This document shows positions 1-12,217 of a DNA stretch of 64,000 nt, piece after piece. The notes beneath the pieces were generated by a model. The model worked only from the letters and a program-made list of their open reading frames with translations, ran no database searches and was not told the DNA's origin. The first letter of the stretch is position 1. Each line of letters opens with the position of its first letter. The stretch is from Azolla caroliniana. Lineage: Eukaryota > Plantae > Polypodiophyta. The position numbers and the translations under genes were made by a program. Location: NCBI GenBank assembly GCA_043228905.1, contig JBHGNT010000011.1, positions 12,710,001-12,774,000 on the forward strand. The letters run 5' to 3'.

Positions 1-1370
1 TCTATCTCATGTCAAAGCTCTGTTAAAATCTCTTCTTTTTAACTGTCATTTCCCTTGTGTTCTTTGAAAGCGTTTGTAGCTATTACTCAGCTACAGGAGT
101 TTGATATTTCTTCTCTTAGATTCTTCACTAAAATGTCTTTTTTAGTGTGTTAATTGCCTAGTTTATTTTTAAAGCATTTCTACAGCTAATTAGATGGAGG
201 GATCTCATGTTTCCTCCTATAAATTCTCCTCTAGAGTTTGGTTTTTTCTGCTTCAGTCTTTTGACATCATTTTGAGCTAGTAAGAAGGTAGACGAGTTTC
301 CATGCCTCTTCTCATAGTTCCATTTTGTTCCTTGATTTCCGTTGTGTCTTTTGAAAGCATATCTAGATAGTAAGATGCTAGAGGATTTTCACATTTCTTC
401 TCGTAAAATCTTCGCTAAAGCCTAAAAATTCGTCACTTTTCCCTTTCTTTTTAGCATTCCCAGCTAGGACTTGCAGTTTTCTCAATAGGTAAATTCTCTT
501 CTTTTTCTCTATAATTTTGCAGAAAATGTAGGAAACTAGAGTTGCTCATCTTTCTCGATTAGGTAAATTCTCTTAGCTTTCCTCTGATTTTCTTGTTTCT
601 TTAGCAAATCTAGCTTCTTAGAAGCTAGATTCATATGTTGCTAGTAGTTAAACTCTCATCTGTTTTCTATAGTTTGCCTTTTTCCCAGCAGATCAGGCCA
701 CTAAGAAGCTAGATTGTCATGACTTCTCGTAAGTTCCTCCCAAATCTCTTCTTTTGTGTAATTTTTCTTGTATTTATTGAGCATTTCATGCTTCTCGTGC
801 ATTTTTTGACAGTCTTTTTTTCTTGACTCTTTTTTTTTCACGCATTTGACTTCCACATGGCTTGTGCATTCGTTGCTAATCTTTTCTGTCGTCTGTAATT
901 TTCCTTTTTCAAAGATTCTGGTTAGTAATAGCCCAAAGTTTCACTTTTCTTGCACATTCGTCTTTCTTGAATTTCGCTTCTTTTTTTATCATTTTGAGAT
1001 GTTAAAGAATCTATAATTCCAGGTTTCTCCACATTGCTTGTGACTAAATTATAACTTTTTTTTGAATTTCACGTTTTGTGCCTAGCATTTCAGACAGTAA
1101 TAATCCACAGTTTTGCGTTTCTTCCACCTTCTTCGCAAATCACTGTTTTTGTGTAAATTGTCTTCTTAAGCATTTCTGTCTATTAAGAAACTAACATTTC
1201 TTTGTAATTCACTTATTTTTCTGGGAATTTTCGGATTTTTAGCATTTTTTGCTATTAAGAAGATTTTTTTTTTTCTTCTTCCATACTTTAACTCTTTGAT
1301 AAGCATTTCTCATCAGTAAGAAGCAAGAGGTGAAAGATTCTGATCCAGGAATGAATGATAACATGAACAG

Positions 1371-4300
1371 GTTCTTCTCATGTAAACTTCTACTCACAGA
1401 AGCTTCCATCTACAGTGAAAGAAATACGTCCTTTGCACTCTAGTTCATCCAGGTTAGTCTCACGTGAATTTCTTACTGCTTAGGTTAAAGGCTTCAATTT
1501 TCAGGATTATATATACAGGCTTTAAATTCAGTGTGTATATGCTAGATTCCATGGATGAAAAATTGATAGCTAACTTCTTTGGTGAAATGTCTTGGAGTTT
1601 TTGCTTTAATTATATGTTCCTCCATTGAGTTTAATATTCTTCATCCATGATGTTGAAAGACAATGATGTTTTGCTCTTAGGCAAAAGTCTCTCAATGTTC
1701 CATATATATATTCTTAATTCCTGATGTTTAAGGCTTAGCTCTTAGGTGAAAGCCTGTCAATCTAGCAGATAATATTCTATCTTCTTAAGATGAACTGTCT
1801 AGGATTTGTGTTTTAAATTTTGGCAATGGCATATGCTCATCCATGGATTTTAAGATTCTTTGGCTATTTCTGTTTAAGAGCTTTTGTTGATTTTAAAGCA
1901 GGAGCAAGCATTTTGTATGTAAAGCAGAGGCTAATGCTTTAGGGGATTCTAGTCCTCCTCAAGCTTCAAAAGAACTGAGCCAATTCGAAAAAGTAGTTGA
2001 ATTTCTTACAACAATGTTTCCAGTCTGGGTTTGTTCTCTAAGCCACATGCTCAATCACTTTTGTGTCATTTGGAAGTTTCAATGTTTCACTTTGAAGGTA
2101 AAGGAAAATCTAAACTTTCTGTTCTTGTGCAGGTGATTCTTGGCACTCTAATTGGCATTTATAAACCATCAGCGGTAATTATAACTCACCACATACACAA
2201 GTGTTAAAACTTGCATCTATACATTTATGGTGTTCGACTAGTTGCGAATTGCACAAGTTAATTAGAAATGATCATGCGTGTAGGCATTAAAGTTTTAGAT
2301 GTAATATAATATAAATACATACTCTCTAAACAAACAGAGACTGCACAAACTGACCGTTGACACCATGAAGTTGAAAATTAGAACAATTCAGTTATTAATT
2401 TATCAGAAATTTATGCTGTATTAACCAATTCAATTACTTAAAAATGAAATAGCAATGCACATTGATTCACTAGCTTTTGTAAAAAGTCTGAAGCATCAAC
2501 AAAGAAAGCATGGCCACACTTTATCTGAATAGTTTACTGTCTGCAGGTCACGTGGTTGGAGACAGACCTATTTACTGTTTTCCTGGGTTTCTTGATGCTT
2601 TCCATGGGATTAACCCTAACGTTTGAGGATTTCAGAAGATGTTTACGAAATCCATGGACGGTGAGATCCTATCTGCAAACTTCATTAATTTTAATATTAA
2701 TGCTAGTAATATTTTACTGTTTTTTTCTGTTAACTTTTAACTCATGTTTCAGAGTCTACTACCTGTTGATATATTAACATGCTTTTTTGTTAACTTTTGA
2801 TATCTAGTCAATGTTTCTCTTTACACTTTGTTTTTTTGCAGCCTGCATCAATTTAAAAAATATCTGTTGTAAGTTCCAAGGAAAATCCAAGCTTAATAAA
2901 TTGGTCTCAGTCACTTACTTTTCTAATCACAACTTGCAGGTGGGAGTGGGATTTTTAGCTCAATATTGTATCAAGCCCCTGCTAGGATTTCTTATAGCAT
3001 TAGTAAGTATGGAAAGTATTTAGAGTGCTCTCATGCTAATTGCATGCATTAAATAGCTTACTTTATATTTTTATAATTTTGCAGACCCTGAAGTTGTCTG
3101 CTCCTCTTGCAACTGGTCTAATTCTGGTGTCTTGTTGCCCTGGAGGCCAAGCATCAAATGTGGCAACTTACATATCCAAGGGAAATGTGGCACTATCAGT
3201 TCTGATGACTACGTAAGTATCTATAATTTATAGCCAATGATTTAGGTATCAACGTTTGAGTAACATATACATAAATCATTTTTTTGCTAGTGCTTATTTT
3301 TGTAAGAAAAATGTTATGAACAGTTGTAAGATGTCAAAGAGGCTAGCAGAAGCTTAACAATAAGAACTATATTTCTTCGTGAGTCTTGAAGCCTTAACAT
3401 ACAAAAATGATAGTGGGTTTTGGAACCCATGGCATTTAAGAAAGAAAGATATATTAACGTCTTTTAAGAGGCCAAAACGGCCTATAAGACCAAACAAGAG
3501 ATTACATCTTGAGTGTTTTCTCGTCTTTGAGAACAACAAATCAAAATAAAATAAATATTACTAAGTAAATATAAAAGTAAATAAGATAGAAGGAGACTAG
3601 AGACTCTGGTTTTTGGCACATGTGAGATTCTCAAGTTAGATATATTATAATTTTTGACTTCAAAAGATCTCTAGCATAGGTCGATCCAGAATGGAGAGGT
3701 CTCCAAAGTGAGGGAAGCACCTGCGATGGTGGGAGATAATGGCCGTTATCTGTTGATGACAAGGGTGTTGAGGTCATAATCCACGGGCTGGGGCCTACAT
3801 GCACGACAAATTGCTATTGCCAAATCTATTGTAACCCTTTGTTATGTCCTGGTCGGGAACCCATTTGTGTATCCTTTGATTGGCTTGTAACATTAGTAGG
3901 AGCATTGGGGCTAAAGAAAGTTGTGATTGTTCTTTGTTGATGAGCTTGTGTGGCTGTACTATTGTCCTTCAACAAATTTCCTCTTTGTCTCTTGAGTTCT
4001 AGCAAGAAATGTCCTAGGCACCATTGGTCCTCATATTCCATTACCTTGCATAGTGGGCCAAAGCCTTGTTTACAGTGACAAACATAGTGTTCTTCAGATT
4101 CCACTCCTTGATGATACAATTGGCAAATTGTTTCTTCTAGAGGCATTCGTGTATATCTTCCTACCTTGATCTCTTACTGATATGATAAAGTTCACAGCTG
4201 CCCCATCACACTGCGCAGCGCATTTTATAGATATATGTCCATATAAGGTGGTCTAATGATGAATCCATCCTCTGATGTGTGTAAAAACTGAGTCTTGTAG

Positions 4301-7300
4301 TGGGCCATCTTTTGATATTTTGGGACTGATCCATGCTATCTTTCTAGGTACATAATGAGTTAAAGTAGTGGAGTGGAGAGAAAAAGAACAATGCATTAAA
4401 TGCTGTAAGGAAGTAATGATAGGTTCTAAAAGTCAACTGTAATAAATGTTGGAATAAAGTAAATCTATAGAGAGAAAACGTGCAGAGAGAGATTGTAGAA
4501 GGGAGTGATCAGTTCTAGGGCTGTCACCCACCAACACCTCCTTTGAGCTTCATAATGGTGGTCCTACATTGAGATGAGTAAGGAGTTTATCAATAGTGAC
4601 CCTAGGAAGGGGCTTGGTAAAGATGTTAGCCACATTTTCTCGAGTGGCACAATAGTCCAATCTGATGATTTGATTAACGACAAGCTCATGAACAAAATGG
4701 TAGTGAACCTCAATGTGTTTAGTCCTACCATGGAAGGAGGAATTTTGTGCTAATGCACGGGTACTTTGGCTATCGGTAAGAACTCTAATAGGAGTGGCTT
4801 GTGGAATTCTAAGATGGTCAAGGATTTGTCTTAATCATAAGCGTTCACAACATGTATCCAAATAGGAACAATATTCAGCTTTTGTAGATGAAGTGGAAAC
4901 TGAATTTTGTTTCCTGAACTTCTATGAAGTCAAACCCAAGCAGAAAGCAGTAGCCATACATAGATAATCTTGTGTCTGCATCTCTTGCCCAAACAACATC
5001 TGGTTAACCAACTAACTCAATGCCTCCTTTGAATGAACGGCTATAGTCATTTGAGCCTGCTAAGCACAGGAGCGCATGAATGGCCGCTTGCCAATGGACT
5101 CGGCATGAAGCATTTGAAAACTGGCTAAGAGCACTCACACTGTTGGACAGATCTGGTCTTGTGTGGGTAAGATGTGTGAATGTCCTCCATGGGAAAGCTT
5201 GGATTGTGGATCCATGGGATAAGATAGAAGCTCACAATTAGTCATGTCATAGGTTTCAAGAAGTTGTCGATGATACCTATGCTGGCTGAGAAATATGACT
5301 CCATATCCAAGAAATAATGCAGAACTTAGAAGCCCTAAATTTGTCATTTCAAAGGTTGCTTTTAACTCATTACGAAGCTGCTCTATCTTGGCTTCAAAAG
5401 AACCTGTAATTAGTAAGTTATCTACATATAGAATAACTAGACACATCAAGCCATCTTGAGAGAGGGCATAGAGATTGGTATCAGCAGAACATCGTTAGAA
5501 GCCAAAACAAATAAGAAAGAATTGGTCTCGTCATACCAAGCCTTGGGAGCTTGTTTCAAGCCATATAAAGCTTTCTTCAACCTATAAACTATACCACCTT
5601 GACCTGAAATTGCAAACTGAGAAGTCTGCTCCACATAAATATCTTCCATTAGGTTGCCATTCAAAAAGGCAACTTGACATCAATTTGGAATATATACACC
5701 AAATGTAGTGGGAAACAAGTTGTAGGCCACATCAGATAGAAGTATACTTTGCCATGGGAGAAAATATCTGCTCATAGTCTACTCCCATTCGGGAGTACCC
5801 TTTTGCAACTAATTGAGCCTTGTGTTTGAATATTTATTTAAAACCAATAACTTGTCTATTCTGAGGACGTGGGACTAATTCACATGTGTGATTTGTAGTA
5901 GTACATTATACAGCAAGGCAAAGTTGCACGTACTGTGAGGCTGTTGGTTTTTACAATCACTTATGACTAGTGCAGATGAGGTGGCTGCATGTTGATGAAT
6001 ATCAAAATCAGAAGGATGGAGGGATATGTTCTTGTGTTTGTTGGAGACAAGGGTTGAATCGAGGAATTTGGCTTAGAGGTTGAGCTTTCAGTAATTGAAA
6101 TAGTAGTCGAAGAGAAGGTGGGGCAGCTGGAGCTGAACCTCCAACACAAAGTCTGGAGTAATTCTAGAGTTATTAGATTGTGACTCTAAAAAAGGAACAT
6201 CTCTAGAAATACAATGGCTAGTTTGAGGATCCCAATATGCCTTAGAATGGTTGCTATACACGAGAAACTTGTGTTTCTTGCACTTGGACCCAAACTTAGT
6301 CTATGTAGTATCTGAAATATGAACAAATGCATAAGGTCCAAATGCATGTAGGTGAGATGACCTGTAAATGCCTCTTCAGGGGCCATTTCAGCAATCGCCT
6401 TAGTAGCACAACAGTTGATGATGTAGACAGCTGTGAGGACAGCTTCGCCAAAAATGCTGAGGGGAAGATTGCACTGAGACAAAAGCGCGCGAGCCATTTC
6501 TTGAAATGTGCTATTATTCTTTTCTACTACTACATTTTGTTGTGGAGAGTTGGGAGCAGAAAACGGATGAGCAACACCTCTTTGCTCAGAAAAGGTATGG
6601 AAGGCATGTGAAATAAACTCAACACCATTGTCAGATCTGATTTATCCAACCTTGGAGGTTTTTGAAATGTTAAGTTATCAACTTCATCCCTAAATATTAT
6701 ATGCTAGCTTAGATCGTGTCATTTTCGAATTGAACCCTGAAAATCAAATATTCATTGATGAGGCCCTATCCTACTCTTTTTTACTGAACGTAGTGGAAAT
6801 CTTGCAGATGCTCTACTATTGGTGCAATTATTATGACTCCTCTGCTTACTAAAGTCTTAGCTGGGCAGTTGGTGCCAGTTGATGCAGCTGTAAGTTGAGG
6901 ATCTCATTCTGGCTTTGGATTATGCTTTGGAACTTGTTGAGCTAGTTCGATTTGCTGGCTATTTATTGAACTGTTCAATATACAGGGTTTGGCACTGAGT
7001 ACATTTCAAGTAGTACTAATGCCGACAATTGTTGGAGGTCAGTTCTTATAATAGTGCATTTTCCCAGATATCAAATTCTTTCAGTGTGTCTATTCTCCAA
7101 TATTTTGAGCAATTGTTCTTTCCCATAATTGATCTATATTCTCAAATTTGTGTCAGTTCTATTCCACGAATACTTACCACAATTTACAGAGAAGATAACA
7201 GTATTCACTCCATTGGTTGGAGTGATTCTCACAACGCTGCTGTGTGCAAGCCCTGTGAGTCACTTTCCTTTGTTATGCACGTTGTACATTTCTGTAGTCA

Positions 7301-9409
7301 ATGCTAAAATGCTGAGAGTAAATGCTAAATGGTCGAGAGTACATTTCCTTTGATGTGGTTGAGAGTAAATGCCAAATGCTATCAACATGTGCATCCAATA
7401 AGATGTGACAATCAATCATAGATTTAGATATGTTTATCCTATTGCAAGTTGAAAATACAGGCATACAGTTTTGTGCCTGTTTCTGTCTGTATTTATTTTG
7501 GTGCACATACGTTTTTGGGTGAAATATTCAAAATTATATACACCAAAATTATCATACACTATCATTTATTGGTAGTATGTAATATGCTGTTTTCTACCTA
7601 TGATTTCATAGCATACCTACCTCTGAACACTTCCTTTTAAATGTGTAGAGAACCTAAATCTCTAGGCAGAAAAGTTGAGCACTAAATCACTGAGGATCTG
7701 ATAATTGTGGTTGACACAACTACCTGAGATTTGTGGTGGTACTATCATTTGATAAATGAGCTTGACAATACAACTGCTAAACATACATTTAAGAGATGAG
7801 TAAAATTCTGCTTGTAAAATTAGGAAGAACTTATTGTGAGAATCATTATAATACAAGAAAATAATAGCAGCTTGACTTGAGAAATGTGCTTCATATCCGT
7901 GTTGAAGCACCTTTGTTCGTGAACATCATAAACGTGTTTGCAGACATTAACAGTAATCTACATATGCAATAAGTTTGTGTTCAAGCACATGATTAGAGGC
8001 TTAAATACCAGGTATAAAGCACATTGTTCTATCAAGCCAGTATTTTGTTCTGAGGTATTATGGTTCGATATATACTAAAGTACATGACTAGGAAGAATAT
8101 ATGATGACCCACTTACAAGAAATGAAAACATCAGATCGGCACCATGAAGAACCTGGATTTAGAAAATAGCAACTCGAAAAGGACAATGTTACCTCAGACA
8201 TGTTTTTCTTTTATTTTAAAAAGAGAAAAATATATATTAACCTAAAGATGAATGAAGATGACTGTGATGTGTCGGCTAATGTTTTTTGAGATAGTTTTAC
8301 AAGCATTATGTGCACAAGTAATATGTAGGAGATAGACTGTGAGAGATGCTATTCAGGGTGAGTGAGACAGAGTAACAGAGAGTTGTGGGGTAACTTTGTC
8401 TAAGTTTTCTTTTATTCTGTACTGACACAGCTTTTTCTTTTGTAATTTTGCATGTGAAGATTGGACAAGTTGCAGATGTTCTCAAAAGTCAAGGTGCACA
8501 GCTTATCTTGCCAGTGGCTGTTCTTCATGCAGCGGCATTCTTTTTAGGCTACACAATGTCAAAATTCAGTAAATTCGGAGAGTCCACATCTCGTACAATT
8601 TCAATCGAATGTGGCATGCAAGTAAGATTTCAATCAAACTAAACAGGTTTTCCAAATACCAAATAAAGCCTCACTCAATTAAATTGGGAGCTTTTCTAAT
8701 TTCTAAATAAAGCTTCAATCAATTTGGATGAGCTTGGTAAATACGCAATAAGTTTTACTTAACTGCTCAATAACATTAGCAAGACTTGTGTTGAAATTGT
8801 GACTGTCGATAATGACATTGTTTATATGATTTGTTCTTTTTTTGTCTTCAGAGTTCAGCTCTGGGTTTCTTGCTGGCACAGAAACATTTCACAAATCCAC
8901 TAGTAGCTGTGCCATCAGCTGTCAGTGTGGTCTTCATGGCGGTATGTCATTACTTGTTTGATATATTGTAGTTGTGAAATTAGGGAATTACAAGCCACTA
9001 CTTTCTATATATTTACCAAACTACCTCTCAATTCAAAAAACAATAAGTAGAATCAGAAATTTCTAATACATATAGGTGTGTTCTGGTATTTAGAAAAGAA
9101 ATTTAGGAATACTCTGCTGAGTCTCAAAAGAACTACAGGTATTTGGTGCAATTGAAAAACAAAGGTATTTTTGTAAATATCCTAAAAGTCCCAGTTATTC
9201 TAGTTTGAAACAGTTCCAGGGGTATTCTGCTAAATGGTCATTTCTGATTTTTTCCCTAGTGATTATTGTTACTTTTTAAATGTGAATGTTTTATCTTTAG
9301 CTAATTTGTTTTTTGGTAAATGCATATACAGCTTGGAGGAAGTGCTCTAGCAGTGTTTTGGAGAAACCAACCTATTCCTGTTGATGACAAGGATGACTTC
9401 AAGGAGTAA
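1371..9409 (+). CDS. BASS2: Plastid sodium/pyruvate cotransporter, bile acid:sodium symporter family (5' partial; first exon upstream of window)
   Basis: Exons with GT-AG ends and consistent phase: 1371-1452 (putative transit-peptide exon), 1902-2028, 2133-2174, 2547-2660, 2940-3002, 3085-3212, 6808-6889, 6986-7037, 7157-7254, 8460-8621, 8852-8941, 9332-9409 (TAA). The translation includes [106 protein letters not shown] and the C-terminus [17 protein letters not shown], all closely matching plant BASS2. Confidence 0.96.
3438..4345 (-). mobile_element. 5'-truncated, degenerate non-LTR retrotransposon (RTE-X/L2-like) 3' fragment in BASS2 intron
   Basis: Minus-strand ORF remnant with a C-terminal zinc-finger-like motif ([22 protein letters not shown]), a 3' stem-loop GGCC-N5-GGCC and a (TTTC)n tail; similar to 14590-14895 and 30770-33260. 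Confidence 0.8.
4350..6680 (-). mobile_element. Degenerate Ty1/Copia LTR retrotransposon remnant in BASS2 intron
   Basis: Frameshifted integrase ([12 protein letters not shown]), RT ([24 protein letters not shown]) and RNase H ([20 protein letters not shown]) motifs on the minus strand; PPT-like tract near 4537. Confidence 0.9.
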
Positions 9410-12217
9410 AAGAATACAAAATGCACTCAAATTCTAATGAGACCTGATTACTAGTGTTTTTTAGAGGCTGTATGATTTGCATTCTTAGGATATTTTCTGC
9501 GTATTATTTTGCATTTCTTAATGATTGAGAAGAAATGCAAAAGGTGAGATTTTTTTCAAAAAAATACCATCATAGTTGATCGTATAGAAGAACATATAAA
9601 ACCCATGATGTTTGTTTCTATCCAATTGGATATGACAAGGAGCAAATCTTCGTCCTCTTGTTCAGTTCTATATGATCAGATGAGCGTCAGTCTGGATCGG
9701 CAAGTTTTATCTGTTGAACTGAGTATTTAATTTGTTGGAATCGAGATAATTTTGGAACTTCATTGGAATGCATTCGTGTATCGTCTTAAGAATATTACAA
9801 AATGCATTAGAGGCATTGGCCATAAAAAGTTAACATAAAGTTCTTTCCAAGTTTTGAGGTCATTTTGGTTTGATATTCAGTCAGTTTCTTGTGATTATAT
9901 TTTTGTTACTTAGAAAATGAACTTCAATTGGAGGACAATCAAATTCATTTGTTTGCTTGGGTGTTTCAATTGTGTTGCCATCCAAGTTCTATAGTTGTAT
10001 ATTCAGTAACATTTCCTTGTGATGATATTTTTGTTACTTAAAAAATCAATTTCAATTGGAGGACAATCAAATCTATTTGTTTGCTTAGTTGTTATTTGTG
10101 TTTTCCAAATTCTATTCATGTTTTGTTCATTTGTCACTTATAAAGTGTTTCGATTGTGTTATCCAACATGTATACATGCTTTCATGCGTTGATTATTGGA
10201 AGTGTCGGATTTAGAAGTTTGGATATAACTCTGTACATTCTGTGGTGGAGGCAGGAATGAGTCCAGCTGTTTACCAGATTTGAGGGTTTGTTCCCTTGAA
10301 TTTTTACCATTGCTATCCGTAGCGGATATAAACTGCGACATATAGACACAATTTGTTAGCACCGGCCTCAAGAAACATGAAGGCTTATCTTAAGATAAAA
10401 CTAATTTCCTCAAAAGTCTCAGGAATTTCCTTGTCTTATTGTTGTAAAAATGTAACTGACGACAACATGCTACAAAGGTATCCATGTAATATAGAAAATA
10501 GGTATACAACTGGACAAGTGTTTTTCCTACATAAGTTTTACATGTATAGTAATAAATGTATTTAGTTCAAATATACTTCGGAGTGAAAGAATTTGACATG
10601 CACACTTTCTTATGAGCATTCTGTAAAAATAAAAATACCTATTTAGGATATACGTGGAAGTTGGCAATGCAGTCTATTTTGAGAATAATCAGTTTCTGTT
10701 TTGTGGCACATCACAATTTTCTGTATCTTCTTGAATCCTTTTCATGGTATTATACAATGAAAACTCGTCCTTGAGTTAAGGGTGGTAATTGGAGCAACTT
10801 GGGTTTCTGGTTACCATATGTTCTTGGAGTTCCTTTCATGGTACTATACAATTATAATAAAGAGTTATTCCTAGAGAGAACACTATTTTGAATTCAAGAC
10901 CAGAAACAACTGGAATTTTAGAATTTTAGAATTTTTATGCTTCTGAGATAGCAAAATCTGTTTTATTGATGATTATTAACTTGAGCTCAACCAATAGGTG
11001 GTTTTATATAATTAGATATATGGATGATTCTTCAATGCACTTTCAATGGTATCATATTTGTCTTTGCTCCTAATGGTTTATGGGAAAGAGCTTTATCTTG
11101 GTAAGCGATCCAACCTATACTTCTATTCAGATATTTCTCTTATATGTGGTGATTATAATATTCCTCCCAATGTGAGTGATAACTACTGGACATCGACTTA
11201 TGTTGCTAGAAGAGCAATGGAACTTGTATTTTACACTTGACTTGTGGAGGACTTTATATACTAGAATATGTTAGTTTACATTCCTTCACCCTACTAAAGC
11301 AAATCGAATTTGGTAATTTCGCATGCAAGATGTGTGAAGATCATGCCTTCTGACATCTCTTGATCATGCTCCATTATGGCTGCACCTGATGAAGCAAAAT
11401 TAACCTGCCAGTCATTGTAGAATTATCACATATAAAACATTTATCCATCATTGATGATAATGCTTTTTGTAGAGTACATGCCCTGATGTTTACATGACAA
11501 ACTCAATTAAGGAAAGTAGGAAGTTACTCAAAGGCAATGCAATTGTGAGACAAGGGTTGTCATTTCAAAGAATTTTTCAGAAGATTGCTTATTATGAGAC
11601 AGTACAGGCATAGGATAGCAATTACGACAAGGATCATAATTTCATAGATTTTTTCAAAATTTTGAAGCAGTTTCCCTAGTACATGGAACTAAGTCAACAA
11701 GAGGAAGGGCTCTAAAGAGTCATTTCTCTTTAATAGAACCTTGCTCATTCAAACTCAAAGATGTGCACCACACTCTAGAAGTAGAGATCTAGAAAAGCTG
11801 AAAAGGAAGGATTGTTGATGTTAGAAGTAGCAAACGGCACATGGGTAGGTCACTCCAGAAATGCATCCCCTAACACATGTCATGATTTACAATGGGTGCG
11901 ACTCTTAGAGGTGAGCGATTGTTAAGTCTGATAAAAACAGGTTTGATACGATCATCATGCCACACGGTAACTATGAAAAAGATGGTTAAGGCACCATAAT
12001 AAATTACAAGTTAATATAATACTGTTGTAGGGTGGATGGATACCACAAATGCAAGACTTCAATGTCTATATTACGCCTGTACAGTTTCAAGTTATACGAC
12101 CATGTTATGTTGTCTTGATCCATGGCTTCTAACATAAGGTTTCCTTTGTCATCTTGTCTTTTCTGAAGCTTGCTAATATTGAAATGGATGTTGGAATGCT
12201 ATTAAGTACATTCACAA

